A stretch of DNA of 45,337 bases. Origin: Gemmatimonadota bacterium (GTDB taxonomy: Bacteria > Gemmatimonadota > Gemmatimonadetes > Longimicrobiales > RSA9). How positions within the stretch are numbered: the first letter of the stretch is position 1; every line of letters begins with the position of its first letter. The stretch spans positions 30,733-76,069 of the forward strand of contig JBBDRO010000105.1 in NCBI GenBank assembly GCA_040905425.1, in the 5' to 3' direction. Positions 1-10,169 of this stretch are shown here, in pieces. The notes below the pieces were generated by a model. That model searched no databases. It was not told the origin of the DNA and was given only the letters and a program-made list of their open reading frames with translations. The position numbers and the translations under genes are program-made.

Positions 1-48
1 CGGTCCCGGTCGCGGTCCCGGTCGCGGTCCCGGTCGCGGTCCCGGTCG
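1..48. repeat. 12-bp tandem repeat (CGGTCCCGGTCG) x4 at the window edge, encoding (TATG)n in the minus-strand CDS
   Basis: Read directly at 1-48; runs off the window start. Confidence 0.9.
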
Positions 49-1834
49 CTCCGGGGTCGGCCGCTCCGGGATCGGCCCGGTGCAGGGGCAGCGCGGGAGG
101 CCCGGGCGTCCGCCAGGCCGCCGGCTCGAAGGGCATGCGGACCAGGTGGAAGCCGTCCGCATGGTACGCGGCATAGACCAGCCAGCGGCCGTCCGGCGCC
201 ACGTCGGGGTGGAAGGCACCGCCCAGCACTTCCGTCACCTGACGGAGCGGAGCGCCCCGATCCGACGGCACGGCATACACGTTGGTGATGCCGGTCCGAT
301 CGGAGCTGAAGAGCAGCCAGGCACCGTCCGGACTCCACGCCGGGGTGCGCAGCAACGCGCCCTCCCCACCCACCACCAGCAGTTCCTCCCCGGCCGCGGA
401 CAGGACCACCAACTCGTGCGCGCCGCCCACGCGCTGGCGCACGGCGGCCACGCGCCTGCCGTCCGGCGACCACCGGGGGTGCGCCCAGTGGACGGCCGGC
501 TCCGGCGCCACCAGTGGCTGGAAGGCGCCGGGGGCGCCCACCGCCAGATGCGTGCTGCCGCCGCCATTGCGGACGGCCACGATGCGGCCGTCGGGAGCCA
601 CGTCGGGATCCTGCAGCCGGGCCTGGCGGGTGAGGCGCGTCTCCCCGCCGTCCGGCGCCACGCGCCACAGGTCGGCGGTGATCCTGTAGGGATCGGCGAA
701 CTCCAGCTGGGAGGTGAGCAGATCACCGTCCGGGAGCCAGGCCAGCGCCGCGCTGCCGTGGCGCCGCGCCGCGCCCAGCTCCGCGCCGGTGCGCGCATCA
801 ATGACGCGCGTGCGCGGGGTGGAGCGGCCGTCGTCCGCCACGTAGGCCAGGCGGCTACCGTCGGGAGCATGCCGCGGGAAGAGCGCCAGCCGGCCATGCG
901 TGGTGAGGCGCTCACCGGTGGTGAGCCCGCGCGCCTCCAGCGTGTCGCGCAGCGCGGCGTAGCGCGCCGTCAGCGCCTCGGCCCAGAGCTCCCAGGCGGC
1001 CGTGAACGAAACGCCGGCCGCGCGCCGCCCGATGCCGTTCAGCACCAGTTCCGGCGGCAGGCTCGAGGAGGCCGTCTCCTCCACCAGCGCGGGCAGCACG
1101 TGCTCCCCCCACCGCCCACGCATGAATTCCAGGAAGAGGGACCCGTAGATGTAGGGCCGCTCCCCCGCCGGCCACACCGCCCACGGGAAGCTCACCCGAT
1201 CCAGGGGCGGCAGCCCCTCCTCCAGGACGGCCATGCGCACCACCGTCTCGTGCCAGCTCCCGTGGATCCGACCGCGGGTGGTGGCGTCCGACTCCACCAG
1301 CACGGCCAGCCCCTCCGTGGTCCAGCGCGGCCCGGCCGCGGCGGGAAAGACGGGCCACGTCCAGGGCACACGGCCGAATACGGCACGGATGACCGCGCCG
1401 AGCGGGCCGGTCCGATCCAGGTGGAAGATGTGCGCCAGCTCGTGCACCATGGCCAGCTCGATCCAGTCCGCGCTGTAGCCCAGCGCCGCGTCATCCACCG
1501 GCGGCCGCGCGTGCAGGACGATGCGGTTGGTGGGGACCGGCGTAGCCGAGGCGTTGCTGTAATCCACTGCGTCGGTGAGCACCACGTCCACGCGCCCGGC
1601 GGGGGCGCGGCCCACAGCCGCCTCGAGGAGCGCCCAGGCAACCTCACCGCGGGCCGCGGCGTGGCGCGCCAGCGGTTCCATACGGGGGTCACCCGCGTCA
1701 AAGGTGACGCGCAGATGGGTGCTCTCGACGGTGCGGTACGATGCGTCGGGCGGCAGCTGGGCAGCCACCGGACCGGACGCCAGCAGGAGCGTCAGCGCCG
1801 CCAGACTGCGAACCGCCCGAATCGGCACGCGCAC
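1..1834 (-). CDS. Secreted protein with an HExxH peptidase-like domain followed by a PD40/TolB-like beta-propeller; 3' end lies outside the window
   Basis: Absent from the ORF track (no stop in the window). Manual translation from GTG 1834 gives a signal peptide (MRVPIRAVRSLAALTLLLASGPVAAQ), HELAH at 1430-1444, a downstream WTTEGLA, and repeats such as PRWSPDG, PAWSPDG and PDVAPDG. Start could be 1828. Confidence 0.8.
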   Translation of the reverse strand, partial: MRVPIRAVRSLAALTLLLASGPVAAQLPPDASYRTVESTHLRVTFDAGDPRMEPLARHAAARGEVAWALLEAAVGRAPAGRVDVVLTDAVDYSNASATPVPTNRIVLHARPPVDDAALGYSADWIELAMVHELAHIFHLDRTGPLGAVIRAVFGRVPWTWPVFPAAAGPRWTTEGLAVLVESDATTRGRIHGSWHETVVRMAVLEEGLPPLDRVSFPWAVWPAGERPYIYGSLFLEFMRGRWGEHVLPALVEETASSSLPPELVLNGIGRRAAGVSFTAAWELWAEALTARYAALRDTLEARGLTTGERLTTHGRLALFPRHAPDGSRLAYVADDGRSTPRTRVIDARTGAELGAARRHGSAALAWLPDGDLLTSQLEFADPYRITADLWRVAPDGGETRLTRQARLQDPDVAPDGRIVAVRNGGGSTHLAVGAPGAFQPLVAPEPAVHWAHPRWSPDGRRVAAVRQRVGGAHELVVLSAAGEELLVVGGEGALLRTPAWSPDGAWLLFSSDRTGITNVYAVPSDRGAPLRQVTEVLGGAFHPDVAPDGRWLVYAAYHADGFHLVRMPFEPAAWRTPGPPALPLHRADPGAADPGATGTATGTATGTATGT

Positions 1835-1873
1835 CGGTGCGCGTGCTGCAGGACGGGCCGTCGCCCGGCGGTG

Positions 1874-1903
1874 CGCCTCCGCCTCCGCCTCCGCCTCCGC
1901 CTC
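1874..1903. repeat. (CGCCTC)5 microsatellite
   Basis: Five perfect hexamer copies read directly. Confidence 0.9.
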
Positions 1904-2008
1904 CCGGATCCGCACCGGTACCCGGAAGGCATCGACTACGTTTTCGTGAACGGCGCCCCCGTGGTGGATGGCGGCGACCTTACCTGGCAGCATCCTGGCT
2001 GCGTACCG
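1904..2008 (+). pseudogene. Remnant C-terminal fragment of an N-acyl-D-amino-acid deacylase-like amidohydrolase
   Basis: Translates as PDPHRYPEGIDYVFVNGAPVVDGGDLTWQHPG, matching the DPxxYPxGIxxVxVNG..V..G...G..PG C-terminal motif of D-aminoacylases. The rest of the gene is absent. Confidence 0.65.
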
Positions 2009-2072
2009 GTGACGTACGCGCTGGCGTCCGCTGCCACCACGACCCCGGACGCCCCTCCTCTGTGGGCATGTT

Positions 2073-2236
2073 TGCACAACGGCGGCTCTGGTGATTGCCG
2101 TTGTGCAGAATGGCCCACTCCGGGCGTCATTCTGCACAATTGCCTCCGACCGGCCGGGGCAAGTGTGCATTCTGGCCCACCGGCAACGCAAAAGCGCAAA
2201 AGCGCTTCTCCAGGCCCGCCGATTGTGCATTCTGGC
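2073..2236. repeat. Array of alternating-orientation TGCACA/TGTGCA motifs with ~30-bp period, forming overlapping inverted repeats
   Basis: TGCA cores at 2073, 2104, 2133, 2166 and 2226 (CGCA at 2195). Perfect inverted repeats at 2073-2083/2097-2107 and 2101-2112/2128-2139; an 11/12 inverted repeat at 2133-2144/2158-2169; a direct repeat TGTGCATTCTGGC at 2164 and 2224. Confidence 0.8.
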
Positions 2237-2475
2237 GCCCCATCAGCGGCGTACCCCCTTCCCGCTTACGCATTTCCAGATACCCGGCACCGCCTTGCCG
2301 GCTGCGTGCCACATGGCGTTCACGCCGGCGCCTCGCCGGCCACGTTTTGATGCGGCCTCCACGCCCCCGCGAGTGCTGCCGAGCGCGCGCGAGCACGTAC
2401 CGCGCGCATCCCTGTGCGACCCCGCGCCGCAGCGCCTCCCCCGCTCCCCCCAGCATCGGGCCGCCGCTCACGCCG

Positions 2476-4608
2476 TCAACGCCGGGCCCGCGCCCGGACG
2501 AAGGCCTCGAGCCCGCGCAGGTGCGCGGCGGCAATGCGCTCCTGCACCGCCGGATCGCGCAGCGCCGCCTCCTGGCGCGGCACCATGAGGAAGGCCGACT
2601 CGGTGAGCACGGCCGGCATCCACTCGGGCCTGGCCAGCGCCAGGTCGCCGCGCGTGAGCCCCAGGTCGCGCAGCCCCAGTTCGGCCAGCAGCTCGCGCAG
2701 GATGGCGCTGGCCAGGTCGGCGGCGTGGGGGTGGTAGTAGTACACGCCCGAGCCGGTGTTCTCGAACGGATTCACGCCGTCCGGGAAGGCGTCATTGTGG
2801 ATGGATACGAGCAGGTGTGCGTCGGCCTCCAATGCCATGGCGGGCCGGGCGCCGAGAGCCACGGCGCCGCTGTCCGTGCGGGTCATGAGCACGCGCGCGC
2901 CCGCCGCCTCGAGCTGGCGCTCGAGCGCTCGCGCGATGCCCAGGTTGGCCGCCGCCTCCGTGTAACCGGTGGGGCCGATGGCCCCGCCCGGCGGATGGCC
3001 GGCGTCCACGGCCACCAGGAGCCCCGCCAGCGGCCGCGCGGGATTCACCACGGGCGGCCGACGAATGCGCACCACCAGCGCCCCGGCAGCGTCGTAGCCG
3101 GCATCCCACCCCCAGAGCGGGTGCGCCAGATGGGCGGTCACACGAAAGACGCTGTCCTCGGGCTGCGTCCACTCCGCCCGCGCCAGCATCGGGTCCATGC
3201 CGCCGTAGCGGAAGTAGTTGGCGGTGCTGACGGCGCCGTAGATGTCCACGGTGAGCGATCCCTCGTCCACGCGAACGTCATAGGGCATGCGCTCCGGCAG
3301 CGGGATGCGCAGCTCGAGCCACTCCGAGCGCGGCGTGAAGCGGACGGCGTCCACCGCGCCACCGGCCCCGGGGTGTCCCTCCGGGAGGATGCGCACGTCG
3401 CCCGCCGGCACCCAGGCCGCCAGCGTGCCTGACATGCGCACGCGCAGCATGCCGTCCCGCTGACCGGTCAGGGTGAGCAGCGTGCCCTCCGGCCAGAACC
3501 AGTGGAAGGGGCCGCTCGTGTTGGGTCGACCCCGGATGCGCCAGGAGGCGTCCGCGTCCGTGGCCGGCGCGGCCACGCCCACGCGGGGGACTTCGGGGTC
3601 CAGCACGGTGAGGGTGAGCGGCAGCGGCACCACGGCGCGGCCGCCGCGGTGCAAGAACTCGAGGACCGCCTCGCCCGGCCGCACCTGATCCTCCGCGGCC
3701 AGGCGTGCGCGCTGCAGAACACCGGCCGGCGGACACGCCAGCCGCCCCGCCGCGCGGCCCGCCACCGCGGCCGCCTCCCGGCAGCGCTCCAGCACGCTGT
3801 CCGCGGGCGTTTCTGCAACGGTCGATCGCGGCGCGCCGAGCAGCGCCTCGGCCAGGGTGGTGTCCCGGGCGCTGAGGCCCTCCGCGGGCACCAGCGCCGC
3901 GTAGCGGGCCACGCGCGCCGGAGCGGCGGTGGCGAGCTCCTCCGTGAAGGAGTCCCGGAAGGAAACCTCCCGCTCCGCGCCGGTCTCATGCAGCTGCACG
4001 CGCCGGCCGGAAGGCAGCAGCACCCACGCCTCCCCGCCCGGAGGCGCGCGGAAGCCCACTTCCACGGCCTGGCCGGCCTCCACCGCCCAGGTACCGCGCG
4101 GGTAGGCGCTCCCCGGCACGATGCCCCCGGCCACCGGGACTGCCGGATCCGGCGGCACGCCCACGGTGCGCTCCACCGTGGCGCTGTCACCGTCAGCTAC
4201 GGCATGCACGCGGTACGTGCCATCGGCTGGCACAGGCAGGAAGGCCAGGAAGGCGCCGTTCGCGGCCACCTCTACGGGCGTGCCGTTCACGCTCACGCGG
4301 GCGCCGCCCGTGCCCGCGGAGCCGAAGACGAAGGTGGAGTCGCGCGCCGTCAGCGTGGCGTCGGGAAAGGGATAGACCAGTTCCAGCGCCAGCGGGCCCT
4401 CCACCGCGGGCACCGGCGGCAGTTCGGGCGTGGGCGGCTCCTGGCCGGGCACGTAGGTGCCCGGCACGGGCGCCTCCGGTGGCGGAGCCTGCGCGCCGGC
4501 GCACGCCGCGGCGAGCAGCGCCAGCGCGGCGGGCAGGACGCGCCGGCGCGCTGCCCGGCAGGGATGGCGACGGCGGTACGGCGGCCGACCCCGCTCGAAA
4601 TCGTTCAC
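2476..4608 (-). CDS. N-acetylmuramoyl-L-alanine amidase (Amidase_3), probable lipoprotein with a long N-terminal region
   Basis: C-terminal VDAGH..E, SIHNDA and AVLTE zinc motifs; lipobox LLAAAC; GTG at 4608 preceded by AGGAGG. Confidence 0.85.
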   Translation of the reverse strand: MNDFERGRPPYRRRHPCRAARRRVLPAALALLAAACAGAQAPPPEAPVPGTYVPGQEPPTPELPPVPAVEGPLALELVYPFPDATLTARDSTFVFGSAGTGGARVSVNGTPVEVAANGAFLAFLPVPADGTYRVHAVADGDSATVERTVGVPPDPAVPVAGGIVPGSAYPRGTWAVEAGQAVEVGFRAPPGGEAWVLLPSGRRVQLHETGAEREVSFRDSFTEELATAAPARVARYAALVPAEGLSARDTTLAEALLGAPRSTVAETPADSVLERCREAAAVAGRAAGRLACPPAGVLQRARLAAEDQVRPGEAVLEFLHRGGRAVVPLPLTLTVLDPEVPRVGVAAPATDADASWRIRGRPNTSGPFHWFWPEGTLLTLTGQRDGMLRVRMSGTLAAWVPAGDVRILPEGHPGAGGAVDAVRFTPRSEWLELRIPLPERMPYDVRVDEGSLTVDIYGAVSTANYFRYGGMDPMLARAEWTQPEDSVFRVTAHLAHPLWGWDAGYDAAGALVVRIRRPPVVNPARPLAGLLVAVDAGHPPGGAIGPTGYTEAAANLGIARALERQLEAAGARVLMTRTDSGAVALGARPAMALEADAHLLVSIHNDAFPDGVNPFENTGSGVYYYHPHAADLASAILRELLAELGLRDLGLTRGDLALARPEWMPAVLTESAFLMVPRQEAALRDPAVQERIAAAHLRGLEAFVRARARR

Positions 4609-4799
4609 AAACCCTCCTGGGCGGCTGCGGATAACTGCGCGGGGTGAGAGACCCGCGCCTGTCGCGCCACGCGGCAAAGCCGGTGCCGCCGCGTCCGCGC
4701 CCACCGGGTGGTGGCCCCGCGCCAATGCCGCCGCGATGACGTGCCGCGTAATGGCCCGCGGGCGGTGGTCCGCGCTGACGCCTGGCCGGGCCGGGCGCC

Positions 4800-6512
4800 T
4801 CAGAAGACTTCGAGCGCCCGCTCCCGCGCCTCCGGCGAGGCGTAGTAGGTGGCGTCGCAGACCGGGAAGGAGACCACGCCCGGCTCCTCCATCAGATCAC
4901 CGTCGGGCGGCACGCCGCGCCGCACCCCGAGAATGGCGGCGCCTTCGGGTCCGCTCGAGCGCAGGATGCAGAAGGCCGTGGTCCGCTCCAGGATGGCCGG
5001 CGTCAGGTAGATGTCCCCCATGGCGTCCACCCGGTCCAGCACCACGTAGCCGGCGCCCGCTTGATCCACGGCGGCGAACAGGTCGTTTGCGTAGGGTGTG
5101 AAGGGGTAGACCTGGCCCGGCCGACCGGATACGAGGTGGAAGAGACGCGGTTTCCGGGACAGCACCACGGCGTCCTCGGGCAACCCGTCCCGCGCCCACT
5201 CGGCCAGGCCCAGGAAATCCCGCCATTCGAGGGGCAGACAGGCCCAGCGATCGCCCGCCCGCCAGTCGGCGGTGCACGCCATGCCGGCCCTGGCCGCGGC
5301 ATTGAGGCCCGGCAGTCCGAGCAGCACCAGGAGCGCCACGGCCACCCCGCCCGCCCAGCGCCCGGCGTCGGGCCGAACCGCCCGTGCGGCCCGCGCGAAC
5401 GCCTCGCCGGCGTAGGCCAGCAGGAGGGGCAGAGCCGGGAGCAGGAAGCGCTCGCCGGACCAGACCTGGGGCCACACCAGCAGCAGCCCCACGTAGAGCG
5501 GCAGGAAGAGTTCCGCCACGGCCGGCCGCCGCAGGCGCGCCACCCACCCGAAGACGGCCAGCACGGCGGTGGCCATTGCCAGCATGGTGAGCAGTGTGCC
5601 GGTCCGCAGCGTAAGCAGGATGGGCAGGTGCAGCGTGAGGTACTTGCGGTCGTTGTCCACCACGCGCTGGATGAAGTCCCCCACCCCCATACGCCCCAGG
5701 TGCGGCTCGTAGGGGTTCACCATCCAGAACTGGCTCACGTAGTCCACACCGCCCGCGCCGCGCGCGCGCAGCCACCAGAGGAACGCGGGCACGCCCACCA
5801 CCGCGGCCAGGATGCCGAGTGCGCGCCAGCGCCCGCGGAGCGCCAGCCACCCCGCGGCCGCCAGCACCAGCGGCAGGCCGGCCGAGCGCGTGAAGTAGGC
5901 CACGAGCGTGGCCACCACGGCCACCGCCAGGCGGCCGCGGTGGCTCGGCGGCAGGCGCTCGAAGGCCCACAAAGCCAGCATGGTGAGCGCCCAGAACGGC
6001 ACGTCGGAGAGCACCCAGTGGGCCTGCTCGAGCACGCCCGGCGCCAGCGCCACGACCGTGGTCACGCCCAGCGCCAGCCCTGGCCGGGTGCGGCGCCGTA
6101 GCCACAGGAAGGTGAGTGCCACGGCGCTGGCGGAGAGCAGTCCGATGACCAGCTTCAGTCCCACCCAGGGCTGCACGCCCAGCAGGAGCGCGGCGGCCAG
6201 GATGAGCGGGAAGCCGGGCGGGTACTGGGTGTGGAGCGGAGCCGCCGGATCCCACAGGGAGAGGTAGGCGCCCCGCTCCAGGAGCGAGCGCGCCAGCGTG
6301 ATGTAGGCGGCGTTGTCCCCGCCGGTGTGGGGCGCGGGCTGCAGCGTGAGCCAGACCAGCGCGAAGTGGACGGCCGCGAAGCCCAGGGCCAGCGCGGCGG
6401 CATGCTCGCGCACCAGCCGGAGGATCACCGGCCTTGTGCGCCGTGGCGCCCTCGCGGCCGCGGGGGCGCGCGGGGGTCGCCCGCCGGCGGGCGTGCGGGC
6501 CCGCGCGCTCAC
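4800..6512 (-). CDS. Multi-pass membrane glycosyltransferase, GT-C fold (ArnT/GT39-like)
   Basis: Many hydrophobic segments; GGDNAAYITLARSL...QYPPGFP early loop; SDVPF and ERFLLP motifs; GTG start overlaps the nagZ TGA. Confidence 0.7.
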   Translation of the reverse strand: MSARARTPAGGRPPRAPAAARAPRRTRPVILRLVREHAAALALGFAAVHFALVWLTLQPAPHTGGDNAAYITLARSLLERGAYLSLWDPAAPLHTQYPPGFPLILAAALLLGVQPWVGLKLVIGLLSASAVALTFLWLRRRTRPGLALGVTTVVALAPGVLEQAHWVLSDVPFWALTMLALWAFERLPPSHRGRLAVAVVATLVAYFTRSAGLPLVLAAAGWLALRGRWRALGILAAVVGVPAFLWWLRARGAGGVDYVSQFWMVNPYEPHLGRMGVGDFIQRVVDNDRKYLTLHLPILLTLRTGTLLTMLAMATAVLAVFGWVARLRRPAVAELFLPLYVGLLLVWPQVWSGERFLLPALPLLLAYAGEAFARAARAVRPDAGRWAGGVAVALLVLLGLPGLNAAARAGMACTADWRAGDRWACLPLEWRDFLGLAEWARDGLPEDAVVLSRKPRLFHLVSGRPGQVYPFTPYANDLFAAVDQAGAGYVVLDRVDAMGDIYLTPAILERTTAFCILRSSGPEGAAILGVRRGVPPDGDLMEEPGVVSFPVCDATYYASPEARERALEVF

Positions 6513-7951
6513 GCGCCCCGTCCGGCCAGCCAGCGGGCGGCGGCGCGCTGCATGATGGCCTCGCCCCCCCACGCCACCAGGAGATGCTGCGCCGCCAGCT
6601 CCGCCGCCAGCCGGGGATGGCCGAAGAGGACCACGGCGGCGTCCGGATGGACGGCCAGCGCCTCGCGGACGCGCGCCCGCGCCGGGTCGGTGATGCGCGG
6701 GCTCCCCTTCCAGGCGCGGATGTCGGCGTAGAGGGCAATCACCAGCGCGCCGCCCGGCTCGGCACGCTGCACCGGCCGGAGGGGGCCACCAGCCGCGGCG
6801 GCAGCCGCGGCGAATTCCGCCCGTGACGGCGGCGCGAAGGGCCCGCCCACATCGTCATCGACCACCAGGAGCTGCGCGTCCGGGCGGAGCGTAGGAGCAC
6901 CCCGCGGCGCCTGCAGGCAGCGCTCCGCCACCTCCTCCGCCCAGGCCCGATCGGCGGCCGCTCCTACGGCTCCCTGCCCACCGACGGGCGCACGGCCCGC
7001 CGCGGCCTCCACCCGCCGCACCGCCTCCGCCACGCGCGCCTCGGACAGCCGCTCGGGGCCGGCGCCGCGGAGCGCCGCGAGCACGGCCTCCACGTCCTCC
7101 GGATAGAGCAGGCAGTCACACCCCGCGGCGGCGGCGGCCACGGCGGCGCCGCCCTCCCCGCCGCCGTCCTCCAGCACACCCTTCATGATCAGCGCATCGG
7201 TCACCAGCAGCCCGCCGAAGCCCAACTCCCCGCGCAGCAGCTCGGTGGCGATCGGCCGGGACAGCGTGGCGGGCCGCCCCGATGGGTCCAGCGCCGGGTA
7301 GGCCACGTGGGCGCTCATGACGCTCTCCACACCCGCCGCGATGGCGGCGCGGAAGGGCATCAGGTCCGCCTCCAGCTCCGCCCGGGACGCCGCCACGCGC
7401 GGCAGCTCCGCGTGCGAGTCCGTTGTGGTCCGGCCGTGCCCCGGGAAGTGCTTCACGCACGCCAGCGCGCCGGTGGCGCGGCACCCCTCCACCCAGGCCA
7501 CCACCCGCTCCGCCACCACGGCGGGCTCGGTGCCCAACGCGCGCGTGCCCACGATGGGATTGGCCGGCTCCAGCTCCACGTCGGCCACCGGCGCATAGAT
7601 CCAGTTCACGCCCAGCGCCAGGCCCTCGCGAGCCGTCAGTTGCCCCGCCCGGCGCAAGACCTCCGTGCTGTCCAGCGCCGCCAGCGCCGCGGCGGGCGGC
7701 AGCGGCGTGGCCCCGGCGAACTGCTGGCCGGCGCCGCGCTCCAGGTCGGCGGAGAAGAGCAGCGGCCGCCCGGCGCGCGCGCGCAGCTCCGCCGTGAGCG
7801 CGCGCACCGCGTCCGCCTCCCCGCCGAAGATGCAGAAGCCGCCCGCGCCGGCGGCCAGCGCCGCCTCCATCATCGGCCGCTGGCCGTCGAAGCCCCGCCC
7901 CACCTCCCAGCGCAGCGCGGGAAAGAGCAGCCGTCCCACCGGCGCGCTCAC
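6509..7951 (-). CDS. nagZ: GH3 beta-N-acetylhexosaminidase
   Basis: ADLERG, KHFPGHG...DSH and TDALIM motifs; sits with anmK and murQ. Confidence 0.85.
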   Translation of the reverse strand: MSAPVGRLLFPALRWEVGRGFDGQRPMMEAALAAGAGGFCIFGGEADAVRALTAELRARAGRPLLFSADLERGAGQQFAGATPLPPAAALAALDSTEVLRRAGQLTAREGLALGVNWIYAPVADVELEPANPIVGTRALGTEPAVVAERVVAWVEGCRATGALACVKHFPGHGRTTTDSHAELPRVAASRAELEADLMPFRAAIAAGVESVMSAHVAYPALDPSGRPATLSRPIATELLRGELGFGGLLVTDALIMKGVLEDGGGEGGAAVAAAAAGCDCLLYPEDVEAVLAALRGAGPERLSEARVAEAVRRVEAAAGRAPVGGQGAVGAAADRAWAEEVAERCLQAPRGAPTLRPDAQLLVVDDDVGGPFAPPSRAEFAAAAAAAGGPLRPVQRAEPGGALVIALYADIRAWKGSPRITDPARARVREALAVHPDAAVVLFGHPRLAAELAAQHLLVAWGGEAIMQRAAARWLAGRGA

Positions 7952-9126
7952 GGCGCGCCTCCCAGTGCGCCCGCACCAGGCCTGCCCTGCGCGCCGGGGG
8001 TGAAGCTGCCGAGCACGCGCCGCCCGCCGGCACCGGTGGCCACCGGCTCATTGGCGGGGACGCCGCGCACGAAGGCCCACGCCAGCACGGCAAAGGCCAC
8101 GGCCTCCTTGGCGTCGGGATTCACACCGAGCGCCGCCTCCGCCGAGTGGACCGCCCGCGGCGCCAACGCGCCGCCCAGGGCGCGCATGAGGGCGGGGTTG
8201 GCGGCCCCGCCCCCGCTCACCAGCACCTCCTCGGCCGGCGGCGTCCAGCGCTCGATGGCGCCCGCGATGCTGTGCGCGGTGAAGGCGGTCAGCGTGGCGA
8301 GCAGGTCGTCCCACGCCGCGTCGTCGGCGGGGGGACGTCGCTTGACAAGGTCTTCGACCATGGTGCGTCCGAACAGTTCCCGCCCCGTGGAGCGCGGCGG
8401 GCGGCGGTTCAGGAAGGGATGGCTCATGAGCTCAGCCAGGAGTTCCTCGTCCACCCGGCCGCGCAGCGCCCGGACCCCGTCCCGATCGAAGGTCTCGGCG
8501 CCGTGGCTGGCCAGCTCCGCGGCGGCGTCCAGGAGGACGTTGCCGGGGCCCGTATCGAAGGCCACCAGCGGCTCATCATGCCCGCGCGGCGGAACCCAGG
8601 TGAGGTTGCCGATGCCGCCGATGTTCTGCAACACACGGGCGCGCTCGGGGTGGGCGAAGAGGGCCCGGTCCACCCACGGCACGAGCGGCGCGCCCTCGCC
8701 CCCGACCGCCACGTCGCGGGCGCGGAAGTCACTCACCACGGGGATGCCGGTCCGTTCGGCCAGCGTGGCCGGGCAGCCGATCTGGAGCGTGGCGCCGCGC
8801 TGGCCCGCCGTTGGCGGCTCGTGCCAGACGGTCTGGCCGTGGGAGCCGATCAGGTCGATGTCCCGGGCCTCGAGGTCGGCCGCCTGCCAGCCCGCGCGCG
8901 CGGCCTCGGCCAGCCATTCGCCGAGCTCGGTGTGCACGCGGCACAGGAGCGCCGCGCTGCCCCCCTCGGTGGCCTGCCGGAGCAGGGCGCGCCGCGCGGG
9001 CGTGTAGGGCACGCTGACGAAGCCCAGCACGCTCCACGTGAGCGCGTCAGCCGACCCGGATAGCTCCACCACCGCGGCGTCGATGCCGTCCAGCGACGTC
9101 CCCGACATGAGCCCCAGCAGCTTCAC
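7948..9126 (-). CDS. anmK: Anhydro-N-acetylmuramic acid kinase
   Basis: GLMSGTSLDGID, GSHGQT, DFR..D.A.GGEGAPL, NIGGIGN, FDTGPGN and KEAVAFA motifs. Confidence 0.95.
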   Translation of the reverse strand: MKLLGLMSGTSLDGIDAAVVELSGSADALTWSVLGFVSVPYTPARRALLRQATEGGSAALLCRVHTELGEWLAEAARAGWQAADLEARDIDLIGSHGQTVWHEPPTAGQRGATLQIGCPATLAERTGIPVVSDFRARDVAVGGEGAPLVPWVDRALFAHPERARVLQNIGGIGNLTWVPPRGHDEPLVAFDTGPGNVLLDAAAELASHGAETFDRDGVRALRGRVDEELLAELMSHPFLNRRPPRSTGRELFGRTMVEDLVKRRPPADDAAWDDLLATLTAFTAHSIAGAIERWTPPAEEVLVSGGGAANPALMRALGGALAPRAVHSAEAALGVNPDAKEAVAFAVLAWAFVRGVPANEPVATGAGGRRVLGSFTPGAQGRPGAGALGGAP

Positions 9127-9142
9127 GCGCGCACCGTCCTGC

Positions 9143-10054
<912 letters not shown>

Positions 10055-10169
10055 GGGACGGGGGTGCGGGTACATTCGCCGTCGGTCGGGCCGCGGTCCG
10101 GGAGCGGACCATGCACCTGTCGTTCCCGGACGCCGATGCGGCCGCTCAACTTACCCGGGCCACCACCGA

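Noticed and set aside
2073..2236. Possible CRISPR array or sigma54 promoter
   Set aside because: The units alternate in orientation, are short and degenerate, and no cas genes are present. GG-to-GC spacing near 2063-2075 does not fit -24/-12.
80..2350. 756-aa plus-strand ORF
   Set aside because: It is the antisense shadow of the minus-strand HExxH/PD40 gene; only 1904-2008 looks protein-like.
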